A DNA stretch of 64,000 bases from Chlorokybus atmophyticus (Eukaryota > Plantae > Mesostigma and Chlorokybus algae): positions 638,767-702,766 of the forward strand of contig RHPI01002990.1 of the NCBI GenBank assembly GCA_009103225.1, written 5' to 3'. Each line of letters begins with the position of its first letter. Within the stretch, counting starts at the first letter, position 1. Both the position numbers and the translations under genes were made by a program. Of this stretch, positions 27,156-40,213 are shown piece after piece. The notes beneath the pieces were generated by a model that had not been told where the DNA came from, did not search any database, and saw only the letters and a list, made by a program, of their open reading frames with translations.

Positions 27156-27600
27156 CAGGGATGATGGCAGTTGCCATAATGAGTGTTATTCTGGTCGCTA
27201 TAACAGTGGCTTACGGCGGCTGTAAGTTGTTTCTAGCAGCAGGCGAAAGCGGAAAGGACTACAGACTGGTTTGCTCTCGCTTGACACCAAGGGGTTTCAA
27301 GGTCTGTTATTGCACCTATGTGCTCACATGCTTGATGGCAGTGAGGCGAATGCAACTTGTGGCGTGCATTGGTGAATGTCGCAGATGGCAAACAATGTTT
27401 GCGCATCTGCAGGTGTTCTGTTTAAATAACACACCATGAGACTCAGGCTGCCACCAAGCGCATTGGGTTCTTGTGTGGCATGCATTGCTCATGTGACATG
27501 TGCAATGTGGCAGTAATGCATAGGCAGCAGCATGCAATACCACAACTCGTTTCGTACCGAAAGAATAATGAGCGCTTATGTACAGGACAATTACAAAACT

Positions 27601-29308
27601 TCACCAGTCTTCTTCACTGTTGTACGTATTGTAAAACAGCACAGTAAGCGCCAGCACCCCTGCGGAGCTGAGCTCAAACAACAGTGCTCCCGTGGTGATA
27701 ATTGTTGCGTGCCTTAGAATTGCCGGTATGGCAACACTCCCTACCGCAGAAAACCCTGTCAAGAACTTGGCTGCATTCAACCACCTGTGCAAAGCAATCA
27801 CAGTCACTAATGTGTAGTGCAAATATAACATTGTTAATTTTATACCGTCGGCAGTGCTGCTGACGGCAGAATGCACAAGCGTTGATGTTCACTCAAGGCA
27901 CATTGCAAGCACTGGTACTGTACCAGTGTACCAGTGGTACACAGGTACACACCTACGGGTTTAATGCTACACATTGGGGCACCCATAGCAATGGCAATGC
28001 AACCTCTTACCCCGTTTCATCTTCACCACCAAAGCCCACTGAAACATAGTCCGACTGGGAGCCTCCACCGAAAAACAAGCATGGCATCGGCGCCAAGACG
28101 TACATCATGACTGACAGCAGCAATGTCATTGTAACTTGTTAATCACGCTAATCACATACGTCACATGCAACAGATACTCTGCAGGATAAGTATGCGTCCA
28201 TCATGGTCACATGACTCACCGGTCAACATGGGCCACCAGTTATTGTAGAGCGCACACCCCTGGAGGGAACGGCCATGACTACGGTGAGTAAGTGGGACGA
28301 ATTGTGAGTGGCCAATGGAAGATCAACATGGTGGCGTGACGCATACACAGGAAACCAGTGCTTGTGCTGTGCATAAGCACTGGTTACTTTACATACCAGA
28401 ATCTGCAGCAGAAGCCCCACGGAGAACATGACAGCAAGGATGAACAACCTGGGAGAGAAGAAGCAACACGCACAGTTGGCAAGCAACCTGCTTACAGCTC
28501 ATACAGATTGCATCCACACAGGCTGCAGCAGCAGCAATTCGCAGTTATGTGTGTCGATTTCATGTGTCATGCAAGAGAATGACTGCTTACACTGCGATGT
28601 GAACAGGAATTTGCCAATCAGAAGCGATCCCACCGCACATGTAAACAATGCGCGTTAGCTAGCTCATAGCTTATGCAGTGTGCTCAGCAGAGCTTCAACT
28701 GGGAGCCAGGCCTCAACTACTGCTCTATCCTTGTTTCCACGATGTCCTTGCTTGCACGATACTTAAGCATGCAACCGCAATTACACATATTTATGATTTT
28801 AAGCTGTGCCCCGCTCCGCTCGTTATCCAGCAGTGTACATGTTGCTGTGCGCATAATGCAGCAAAGAGGCTCATACTGTTGTAAGCCTTTGAACAACCAC
28901 ACATGCGCACGCCGCAGCAAGCAAGCCATTGTTATCGATAGTAATGCTCACCAAAGTATTTCGTCAGCATTAGCTACTGCACATGTAACGCAATGCATGC
29001 AGTCAACTGATGCTGTTTCTGCTGTGTGCAGTTTAACATTGCTGTGACAACTCAAGCGCTGCTGCTTACAGATGGCAAATATCTCTAGTCTCTGCTTACC
29101 GTAGATAATACTGAAAGGGGAAATAATCTAAACTTCATCAAGTGAAGAACACATCCCCAACATATATACAAGCAAGCGTGTCCGGCATTGTATTACATTT
29201 TAGAGACTCTGTTTGTCATCGCTGTCGCTTGCACACTCTCATTTTGCATGTCTTACCTCTGGGCGTCATTGCGGGAGGCCCGCTCTGCTCAGGCCCAGCA
29301 ATGTACAT
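27601..29308 (-). CDS. VPS55: Vacuolar protein sorting 55 (leptin receptor gene-related family), multi-exon; first exons uncertain
   Basis: LFILAVMFSVGLLLQIL; CALYNNWWPMLT; MYVLAPMPCLFFGG; WLNAAKFLTGFSAVGSVAIPAILRHA. Confidence 0.88.
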
Positions 29309-29400
29309 GTCTCTCTTCTCCCCCTCCCCTTCCTCCTCCTCCTCCTCCTCCTCCTCCTCGCGGCGGAGGTGGATGAACAAATTAACAGCAGCAGCACTGA

Positions 29401-29409
29401 AAACCCTAA
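29401..29409 (+). promoter_or_regulatory. Telo-box AAACCCTAA in the VPS55/ZNF593 divergent promoter
   Basis: Exact motif about 160 bp upstream of a ribosome-biogenesis gene, the typical telo-box context in plants. Confidence 0.5.
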
Positions 29410-29567
29410 AGTTGCGCAGTTAGTTGACTGCAGTCAAGATAAATGTTTGTAGAAGCAGGTTAGAGCAAACGGCGGCGGCGGCGGCGGCGGGATTGTGTTA
29501 GGAGGACAAGGCGGAGAGTAAGGACGAGGAGGAGGGAGGCAGCAGGAGGGGAAGCGGTTGAGCTGGG

Positions 29568-30505
29568 ATGGGGCGGTGTTCATCGCACAAGACGAAGGGC
29601 AAGAAGGGGCACAAGTACCTGCACAAGCAGGCGCGCAGGGCGACGTTCCTGTCCAAGGGTGTCGATCTCATCCACGCGGAGGTCCGCAAGCTGGTCGATC
29701 AGGGGGCCGCCGCAGACAGCGCCACCGCTGTGGACGCCTACGCTGCCGCCGCCCCGCAGGAGAAGGACGTTGATCGACCCGGGCTTGGCCTCCACTACTG
29801 CCTTGCCTGCGAGTAAGCCACAACACGATCAGCCGGTTCAGCTGGGATTGTTGCAGCTAAACTCGGTTGTATCTCGGATGTGCCAACTCTTCAAGTCTTA
29901 ATGATAGCAGAGCATAGCGCAATTCGCTATCACATTCAACCTGTACGCGCCCATTGGCTGAGCACGCAGCATGCAATAACAACTTCATTTAAAAATGGCA
30001 TTTCATCTTGCCTATAAGTTGCTCTAAACAGTGTGACAGGGTACTCGCATGTTCAGTGTGGTCAGTGTTGCAGCAGTCCAACGAATCAAGCAGACTTGCT
30101 TTTCTTGCTGTGCGTTGTTTCGTGTTTCATCTGGTTCATTTACCTGTCACTATGCGCGTCAACCTCAAGCTTACTTACGCTCATGGCGTCTGTCTGCTGC
30201 AGTCGGGACTTTAAAGATGAGGCCGTGCGACTAGAACACACAAGGAGTAAGGCGCACAAGCGAAGGTGAGCTACCATGCATACAGAGTTATGTGTACCAA
30301 CTTGGTTCTATACCTATTCTTGATTCAATTTATCATCATGTCTGTGATCATGATGGCTTTGCCTTGTGCATTGCGCAGGGTCAAGTTGCTCAATGGACCC
30401 GCTCCACACTCGCACTTGGACGCAGAGCTTGCGGCAGACAGAGGCGCACCAGACAATGGTCCGAGGTTACGAGCCGGGTTGGTCCCTGAGAGTATGCTGA
30501 CTTAG
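29568..30505 (+). CDS. ZNF593: Zinc finger protein 593 / Bud20 homolog (ribosome biogenesis), three exons
   Basis: MGRCSSHK..KQARRATFLSKGVDLIH; DVDRPGLGLHYCLACDRDF..HTRSKAHKRRVK..PAPHSHLDAELAA..PDNGPRL; introns join in frame. Confidence 0.92.
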
Positions 30506-30779
30506 CGGGGTGTGTGTGTGTGGCAGCGGGATGATGCCGCCGTTCACTCTGTACATAACTTGTTGTGTTGTGGACAATGGAGTGTGAGTGTTCTTGGAGC
30601 ATGGTTGAGCGATTAGATAAGCGTTGCGTAGCATCGTTATTATGCAGTTGTGGCTTGGCTGGTAAGCAGATCTTCAATCTTTAAGTACCAGAGTGCGAAT
30701 GGCTTGCTAAAGCCTATTTATATAGGCTAGCCAAAGCTGTTGTGTATCAAGGACACGGATTACAACTCTACATTTAGAA

Positions 30780-31260
30780 ACAAAGACTTTAACACAAAAC
30801 TTGCAACTATTGTGAGTAACAACTTGTTCATTCATTGATAGGTCAATATACCATATATGTCACGTGTTGGCTTTGCTGCCGTAATTATGATGCAATTGCA
30901 ACGGATCTGTCCATGCATGCCTGTCTGATAATCAACAAGTTGTGATCCTATACAAACAACTTGTGCTTGCACAACATATAAACATTGCATTTTATTACCG
31001 AGAGAGACATGCAAACGAATATAGGACATTTACATGGTCGTTTTCGTGCAATAACTAACATTAAAGCCTTAGAGGTGTACACATTGTCGCTAAATGAGTG
31101 ATGCATGATACAAAACCACAACGCGATCTCATACATCCACCAGCCGAGAACCATGATTGAGGTATAATCATTCAAATCAATTTCACCTTTGGTTAATGTC
31201 AGCTGCGACAACTTCACAATATTAGCAGTGGAAAAGCTCATTCTGGGAGGTTTTATTCAG
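30780..31260 (-). pseudogene. Possible piggyBac transposase relic
   Basis: HSFSDNVYTSKAL (DN.YTS..L motif) followed downstream by DYQTGMHG and, after a frameshift, WY..V.HNS; heavily decayed, no TIR/TTAA ends found. Confidence 0.35.
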
Positions 31261-32066
31261 TCACACCTCAACTGCCACGACTGATTTAAGCTTATGGCTT
31301 GATTATAGTCAAAGGGGCTATCTCTTTATCGTTAGTGTAACGATCCTACACTTGCTTCCCTGCTCGGTGGCGTACCAGAGTTGTGCACACACATAATGAC
31401 TTGTCACCGAACACGCGGAAGCGATAGCAGGTGGAGGAGGTCCAGCAACACCACCTCGAGAAGAACACCAGTCCCTACAACCCCCACACCACGCTCCCAC
31501 ACTTAACAACACACCACCAGCCCACAAGGGATGTTAGGGGGGGAGCCCCTTGCACATCTCCAAATTATGCACTCCACACACAAATGGCTTTGCTGTAGTG
31601 CACCAGACAAAGTACCTACACCAAGCCTACACAAACTTATGTACTCACTTGCTGCTCTCCCAACCTGACACATCTATGTCCAAGACCAAGAAGGCCTTGT
31701 TACTGTGTGCTGACCTGTCTCATGACATGTCCCACCTAGGAATTCAACATCTCACCTTGCAAACATCAACATAGGTCTTAAGTGCTTTTTCTAGGCTGCA
31801 TGTTCAACACAGGACATGTCCCATCACAGGCCATCAACCACAGTATGTCTGCCACAGGACAACACAGGATGCCATTCATTTAGCTTCCTGCTGCTTGCAG
31901 CAAACACAGAATGGCAGTCAGTGTCACATCAACGTCAACTGCCACAGACAGGCCTCATAACAGCAATAGATTGCGCCTGTGACGTTACCACTACTTACTC
32001 ACTGGTCGGGGCTTGGCAAACTTGTGCACAAGCACTAAGAATTTACGGATGTCCCACCAGCACCAC

Positions 32067-32647
32067 TGTAACAGATGCCGGCGTCGCCGCTGACAACCCT
32101 TCAATCCTCTACCCTAACACCCACACCGCCGACGACAAGCCTGTTAAGCCGCCGGCAGCATAACGCTGAAGCAGAAGACTGAATGAGGTCTCATATCTTA
32201 ATGAGACCTTACATATTAAGAATGTATCACATACATGTGTCTCTATCAAGCTCACAACTAGATAACAACCCATAGATAGGGTGACCTGTTAGCATTCTAG
32301 CATGAGCCAATCATCGCTCAAACACCCAACAATAAGGTACCTAACGATTAGGTACATATCGCGATATCTGGCTATACTGGTCGCATATATGATGTGCGAC
32401 CCTAAGTACCTAGGTAGGCTTGAATAGGCGGTTCTACACCCGTTGGGACTTGCAAAAGTGTTAAGCTTTAGTAAGCAAGGTAAAATATATAAAAAATATA
32501 TAGTTAATACTTGTTTATACCTCTTTTCTACGATTCCTCGCTTATCAAAGCTTAAACACTCAAAGGTATAAACAAGCTATACTTTATTTATACAAGTTGT
32601 GTTATTTATGTAGCAATGATCCCTCTATTATTATTGCTCCCGTTACC
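32067..32647 (-). mobile_element. Solo LTR of the chromovirus family (family A), inverted
   Basis: Reverse complement of the 33390/41382 LTRs; TGTAAC..CCCGTTAC(C) termini; 5-bp TSD ACCAC (32062-32066, 32648-32652). Confidence 0.85.
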
Positions 32648-33996
32648 ACCACGGTGCAGCACGTGGCAAGGGAAGTTGCAGCTCAGCACTTATGGAGGAG
32701 AGGATGACCCGCGGCCTCTCTACTCAGCTCCAGCTGACACACACACGCCCACAACACCCACGTGCACAACACCACACCCCATCCCACAAGGGATGAGGGG
32801 GGGAGCCCCTTCAATAGTTAACAACCAGGCACCCCACGCACAAGTGGCCCTTTTATAAGGCAAACACACACTGATGTCTGTATCAGTACTCATCGGATCC
32901 CCATCCAGAAATGCAACTTAGCATGTATACTGCATGCTGCTCTCCCAAACTGGTACACACAGGGTGTCCAAGCCTGAGGCCACATAGGACTTGTCACTAT
33001 GTGCTGACCTTGTTCCAACATTGGAACCCATAAACTCCAACTTGAGAGTATCAACCACCGCGGATTGTAATGGAATTAAAAATCCTACCTTGGAGTCATA
33101 AACCTAGGCTCTCCGAGTACATATGTACTTGCGGATTGCCAACAGGCACCACTTGCCTTGCGACTGTCCCACCTGTGGCTAATCGCACTACTACAGTACA
33201 CATCATGTGGTTTGCTAACTTGGCTCACAATCTTGAAACTGTCACTTCGTGTGGCAACTTACAGTATAGTAACAAAGGCTCACATGTCATGAGCATTGAC
33301 TAGCTCTGTGCTAGCTAAGTATAAATGCCTTGTGTAGTGTATCAATACTCAAGGCCTTATAGGCTCAAAGCAGACCGCATGAGAGCACATATAGCGGGAG
33401 CAATAATAATAGGGTTATTATTGCTACGTAAATAACACATTGTGTATAAACAATACGTTTTGTATAATCAACTAAATATGCTTATTTATACCTCTTTTTA
33501 CGATTCCTCGCTTATCAAAAACTATGATGCTTTATTATAGCTTAAATAAGTCTCAATGGGTGTAGAATTGCTTATTTAAGCCTATTTAGTGTCACATTTT
33601 ATAAAATGTGACCACTATCTCGTTAGGTACCTTACGATAAGTATCTTTCGATAGGTACCTTATCGATAGGTACTTAATCTGAGCTATAATTGGCTCACGC
33701 TATATTTCCTAACTACCCTATCTGTAGGGTCAATGTCTAGTTGTGAGTTAATAATCGAGAGGTGTATATTTGATATACTCTTGATAAAAGGTCACATTAA
33801 AGTGATGTGACCTCACTTTCAGTTTTCTGTTCAGTGGCGGCCACGCCGCTGAAAGGCTTGTCATAGGCGGTGTGGGTGTTGGGGTAGAGGATTAAAGGGG
33901 CATCACCGACGGTGATGCTGTTACATTGGTATCTAGGAGTTGGGGGGTGACGTGAGGACTTATAGACGGCGGCGACCTGCCTCCGGCCAATCAAAA

Positions 33997-34032
<36 letters not shown>

Positions 34033-34782
34033 AGCCTCCCATTCGTCCACGTGCCCTCAAGTGCAAGTTTGCTTCCCTGCGCTACCTTCACGTCTCAAAA
34101 GCCATTAAAGAGGCCGGGTGTGAGGTACCCCCGTACACAGCTTGCCTGCTTGTTAGTGCACGTGTGTGTGGGGATAACATTTTATTTTCATGCACACATC
34201 AGTGACTGCTTGCTTGCTAGCTGCCAGTGCATGTGTGTGCGTATGGCTTGCACATCATGCAGTGATTGCCACCTGCTTGCCTGTTGCTTACCTGCTTGCA
34301 CAGCTGCTTGCCAGTGCATGCGTGTCATACATCACTGCTTGTCATTTTGCTTGCCAGTGCATGTCACAGTTGGTCACTGTACGGCTTGCCTGTTGCGTAC
34401 TTGTGACCTGCCAGCTGCTTTTCTGGGTCGCTTGACCCGGGTCCGCAAGTTCCGGACCCAAGCTGTTCCCAAACCCTCCCCCTTTGGCTTCGGCTTGGAG
34501 ATCGGGACTTGGTTATGACAGTTTTGGGGAAATTCTTGGACATTCTGTTCTCAAACTCTATTAGTCTGAAACCCTCCCCCTCTGGCTTCGGCCTGGAGAC
34601 TCTCCAATCGGATTGGGACTTGGTTGAAGACAACACAGGGTTAGGACATTTTGGTCCCATTCAGACTTGTTTTGTTTGGTGACATTCCAAATTAAGCCTT
34701 TCCTGTTTTGAGATCGGTTTTGACTCTGTATGTGATTTGAGCAACTTGGGGTCATTTTTATCCTCTCGTTGAACCAGGTCCA

Positions 34783-35763
34783 TTGGTGAGGTTCTCACCA
34801 TCCCATTTTGCCTGTTTTTGCAGACATATGGAAGAGAACTTGGTGCCCACCTCAAAAGGGGAAAGCTCACAAAAAGAGCAATTATCCCGTGAGGAGGAGT
34901 TTCCATCCATGGAGGATATTGCCAACCCGGATGATGCACCTGATGAGTCTCATGCTGCTAAGGATGTGGATGCCTTGGTGGAACTAGACGAGCCACCACC
35001 ACCACCACCATCATTCGTGCAGCCTGAAATCTCAATTTCCTTGACGAAATATGAGCTGATGGACCACTTTCTGGGCACCTATGATGAGGAGCCTCGTGAG
35101 GCGATTGTCTCGCTCATCAACTTCCTCTTTCATGTGGCGGAAACAATCTCAAAACTCACCACCTTTATGGGGCGAGATTGGGAGGGATCGATGGGTGAAA
35201 GCAAACGTGTTCTGAACATAATCGAGCGCCTTCAACGCTCTGATTGCGGTACACCTGTTCAGGCGCTCGCTCGTCCTGCCGAGTTTGTTCCCAATAAGCA
35301 AGCGGCAATTTGCGACTGGCTCGTGAAGCTGAGACACTATGTCAACTCCCTTCACATTTCTGAGGAGGGGAAGTTGCGTGTTGCTGAGTTGCTGATCTAA
35401 ATCGATGCTCTGGCAGAGTGGTACCGCCGTAAGCAACGTGATACGAACCTCGGGTGGGAAGTGAATCAATTGTGCTCTTTCATGGAGCAGCGCTATGGCG
35501 GCGCAAATCCTACCCAGGTTGCTCGCACCCAGCTTCACAATCTGCGTCAGAACGGGCGCCCGGTCCAGCAGTATTTCCAGGACTTCCAGTCTTTTGTCAG
35601 CAAGATCAATGCTGGCAAACTACCCATCAGTGATGCTAATCAGTTGGATATGTTCAGGCGTGGCTTGGACACAAATCTCGTGCAGCATGTGGCCGTCAAC
35701 CGCGAGTTTGCAAAAGTGGGCCTCGACGGATTTGCCAATGCTGATGCAAATGGTTGCTGCTGA
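34783..35763 (+). pseudogene. Retrotransposon gag, broken by stop/frameshift
   Basis: RPAEF..ICDWL; W....F..RYGGANP.QVARTQLHNLRQNGRPVQQYFQDF. Confidence 0.75.
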
Positions 35764-35859
35764 GGACAGTTTGAAGCGCTCGTATGTAAACCACATCCAA
35801 AGAGGCAGCCCCGGCTTCAGCTGCAAAGCGCCCGGCCACCAACAACAAACCTTTTGTGA

Positions 35860-37264
35860 CCAGCATTTGACCAGTGGTTATCATCATATCAAAATCCACC
35901 CGTCAGATATACAAAAAACTGCATTTCGCACCCCAATAGGACACTTTGAGTGTAAAGTGTTACCAATTGGGTTAACAAATGCACCAGCTACATTTCAGGC
36001 AGCAATGAACGCCGTATTTGTAGATGGATTGTACAAGTTTGCACTGGTATATTTTAACGACATTATTGTGTTCAGCAAAACCCGGGAGGAACACCACAAG
36101 CATGTGGAATTGGTTCTAGCTAAGTTACGCGAACACAAATTCTTTGCCAACCTATCCAAATGCAACTTTGTAAAAAATGAACTACCCTTTTTTAGGGTAT
36201 GTGATTGGCAATGAAGGATTGAAATCAGATTCTAAAAAGGTGTGTGCGGTGAAGGATTGGCTACCACCCAAGGATGTACATCAGTTACATGCTTTTTTGG
36301 GGCTAGCCAATTGTTTCCGCATGTTCATGCGAGCATATTCTAATCAAATCCTTAATAATCTTTACTGAAAAAAGGTGTTAAACTTGTGTGTGTGTGGAGG
36401 CACACGAGGTTGCTTTTACACGCATCAAAGATGCATTAACACAAGCCCCTGTGTTAGCCTTCCCCGACCACACCAAGCCTTTTGTGGTGATCGGTGATGC
36501 TTCCACCATTGGGTGTGGGGCAGTCCTTCTACAGGATGACAGACCATGTGCATATGAAAGCAGAATGTTCATGCTCGCTGAACATAATAACACAACCACA
36601 CAGCAGGAATTGCTCGGGGTGGTGCACGCGCTGCGCACATGGCGTTGCTACTTGAAAGGTGTGGAGTTTTCAGTGATTACTGATCACAACCCGCTCACAT
36701 TCTTTCATATGCAACAGAACCGGTCGAGGCGGCAAGCTAGGTGGAATGAATTCATTTCTCGTTTCACTTTCACTTGGCAATACCGTCCGGGTCGCATCAA
36801 TGTGGCGAATCCACTAAGTTGTAGCCCAGCTCTTTTGGCACTTACGTGCTCTCGAAGTACGCGTAATGTGCAACAGCCGAAAGATCCTTTCCTAAAGGAA
36901 GTGTCCACAGGTTATAACTCAGATGATTGGTTTAGCAGTTAAACCAACTGCAACAGCTTATTGCTGTTGGCAATCTGTGGTATGAAGGGGAGCAGTTCGC
37001 AATTCCCGACTCGGGCGACTTGCGTAAGCAGTGCTTATATTCAGTGCATGACCCGCCGTATGCTGGGCATTTGGGGAAACACAAAACACTCAAAGCTGTG
37101 CAACAGTTATACTAATGGCCGTCAATGTCAGCTGATGTGGATCAATATGTTCGCACATGTAAAGTGTGTCAACATAATAGGCCACTACGACAAAAACAAG
37201 CGGGATTGCTTAAACCATTGGCAATTCCAGAACAAAAGTGGGATAGTGTCAGTATGGATTTGAT
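35860..37264 (+). pseudogene. pol 5' part: RT, RNase H, integrase zinc-binding region
   Basis: ORFs 35495-36214, 36177-36368, 36388-36942, 37125-37334 (DVDQYVRTCKVCQ..KQAGLLKPLAIPEQKWDSVSMDLI). Confidence 0.9.
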
Positions 37265-40213
37265 CATGGTATCTAAGTATGCGAGTTTTGGCAAAAGTAT
37301 ACGTTATTGTACGCGTACAGCAGGTGGTTGTTAAGAATACGTTGAAAGTACGTTAGATTGTACGCTTATCGCAGTTAAACATGTTGCATCCATTGATGTT
37401 GTCGCTGTTAAGGTACTCAGCGCAGGTTAAGCAGACGTTAAGCACGTTAAGGCGGCTGGCTGAGCGCTAGTGAGTCACAGCACCTTAATCACGTTAGGGT
37501 TCCAGTATGGCGGCAGCCAGGGCGGCTGTGGTGGCATCATCGTCCAGGACGGCGGCGCGGAGGTGCTGGTCGGTGCCTAGTGGGCAGGGACTCATCCAAC
37601 AAGCAAGATCAAGATATCATGCAGTATCAAGTAGCATTCAGCGTGTTTTGCATGCATGCACCTAAGCATGATGCCTGCACAGTGTATGCACCTTGCTGCA
37701 CCACTCGTAGTGATCACAACTTGTTTGAAACAGGTAGGCTGAATTAGCTACTTGTGTAGTGGTAGGCCACAATGAAAGGGCCTGAGTGGAAGCACGTGAA
37801 GGTTATTGCACAAAAACAGCATGGCAATTACGAGGTGCAGTGTGTGTATTGTGAGCACACATGGTGTGGAGGTGTTTCTCGAATTCGAGCTCATCTTCTG
37901 GGCAAGGCAGGTGTGGCCAAAGACGCAAGTGGCCTCCTGATGAAGTGGTTGCTGAACTCTCTACCATTTTTAAAAACAAAGAGAAGGCAATTGATAAGAA
38001 ACGCCGCGTTTCTTGCGGCATGTTGGAACTACTTGACCAGTTGACTGCATTTACTTCCGTTAGTTCTGGTGGTGTTGCTAGCTGTTCCACTGCCCTTAGT
38101 TACAAGCAATCTACACTTGAGAACGTCTATGGCCGTAATGACAAAGTTTTTTCTACAGCAACGGCATGTCGTTTAATATTGCACGATCACCATACTACAT
38201 GGAGGCATTCAAAGCTGTTGCAGCCTTTGGGCCGTCATACACTTCGCCATCTTCACAAATGCTGTGCAAGAAGTTGTTAGAAGGTGAGTGGACGTCAGTA
38301 AACACTCGGTTGGGTGACGTGCGCACTGCTTGGGAGGTTACGGGCTGCACCATAACAAGTGATGGCTGGTCGGATACGCGCAATCATCCTTTGTTAAATG
38401 TTTTAATGGTTTTGCCGAAGGGAGAGGTATTCTTGAAAGCTGTAAACACTCAAGGTGAAGAGCAGAACGCCTCCTACATGGCCTCACATCTGATAACGGC
38501 AATTGAAGAGGTGAGTGTGCGCGCTTATGTGCGCGCAGAAACTTGTGCGCGTGCAGTATTTGTTGTGCAGCATGTATGTGTGCATGCATGCGCATGTGTG
38601 TTCTTGTGTAGCACTGATGCAGCATGCTCATGCCAAACCGAGTTCTCATGTACATGTTGACAGGTGGGATGCGAGAAGGTCGTGCAAGTTGTGACCGACA
38701 ATGCATCAAACTGCGTGGCAGCTGCACGCTTGATGGTTGCCAAGTACCCGCACATTACTTTGACTGGATGCACTGCTCATTGCTTGGACTTGCTCCTGGA
38801 AGACTTGGGCCGGTTGTCATTGGTTGCAGATGTTGTTTCCAATGGCAAGCGTATTGTCAAATTCATCACAAACCACCATAGAAGTCTTGCCATCTTTTTA
38901 TCCAAGTCAAATCTTGAGCTTCTCAAGCCAGGAGAGACACGTTTTGCAACATCTTTTATCACCTTACAATGCTTGAGTGCAGTCAAGGATGCACTGACAG
39001 AGTGTGTGGCTTCAAGGGAGTGGTCGGCATGGGCGTCCAAGTCTGCTCATCTCGCTCGCGAGGAGGCTGAGGAAGTGCGCGCCTTGGTGCTCTCTCCTTC
39101 ATCATGGCGCACTGTCGTCCTTGTCATCACCATTGTGGAACCCATTGTAAGTCTGCTCCGCATGGTTGATGGCCCTTCTCCCACCATTGGCAAAGTGTAT
39201 GCTCGTATGTTCATGGCTGGAGAGGAGTTGAAGGACCTAGCGGGGCTGACTGCCACACAACAGAAGAGTGTATTGGAGTGTTGGAAGTCACGGTGGGCAA
39301 TGCTCCATAGTGACATGCATGCTGCTGGCTACTTACTTAACCCCGAGTACTGGCAACACGAGCAGCAAACCAATGACGAAGTAATGCATGGATTCTGCAA
39401 CATCCTTAACAAGTCGCTCAGAGATGATGAGAAGGTTGACGCCGCTATGACGCAGATATTAGCACAACTTGTGTGGCATACATGTGCTTGTTAAAGGTGT
39501 GTTGCATGTCATGCATATGAATGAGAGTGAGGTCACCTCATAGTGACATAACAATAGTGCTGCTTCAACCTTGCCAAGTAACACATTATGTCACATACAG
39601 GTGCATGCATATGCCAACAAGGACGGGCTGTTTGGGAGGGAGGCAATCCAAAGAGCTGCAGCCAACATGTCAGCCATGCATAGTGGAGAATGTATGGAGG
39701 AAGTGTTTACGGAACACTTCCTCCATACATTCTCCATAGATAGAGCTGCAATATGTTGCGGTGCGTGTGCTTGCGCAGGTCTCTCCCGCTTGCAGCTGCG
39801 AATGCATTTGGAGTTCGTACGCACGTACACACAAAGAAGCCCAACCGCTTGCACCCTTCACGAGCGGAGAAGTTAGTGTACGTCTTTACCAACCTGCAGG
39901 TGTTAAAGAAGATACATAACCGCAAGTATGAGGAGCAGTTTGTACAGTGGGAGTCTGACAGTGATGTGAGTGTAGAGTCTGAGTTTGAGGAGGAGGAGTG
40001 ATGCTAGCCTTGTGTCAATGCCTTTGTGAGCTTGCTGTCTTGTATCGCGCACATCCATATGCATTACTCTCGCTCACCACCATCAATCAGGACACTTGCT
40101 ATTGTAACATGGTAGCAAGCTACTGAGCACATTATGTGTTGCGTACTGTGTAAAACATACCTAAAAGTACACGTATGCGTACTAGTACACGTACTGCGTA
40201 CGTTGCTACTACG
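37265..40213 (+). mobile_element. hAT DNA transposon with intron-containing, frameshifted transposase (BED finger, DUF659-like core, C-terminal dimerisation domain)
   Basis: Exact 8-bp TSD GATTTGAT (37257-37264, 40214-40221); imperfect TIR CATGGTATCTA / TTGCTACTACG; GTAC/TACG subterminal repeats; WKHV..QCVYCE..GGVSRIRAHL; TITSDGWSD; VVQVVTDNASN; CTAHCLDLLLEDL; KPGETRFAT; AAGYLLNP; RAEKLVYVFTNL. Confidence 0.92.

Noticed and set aside
34460-34630. Direct repeat AAACCCTCCCCCT.TGGCTTCGGC.TGGAGA as a possible CRISPR-like array
   Set aside because: Only two copies, inside the retrotransposon leader of a eukaryote; no spacers or cas genes.
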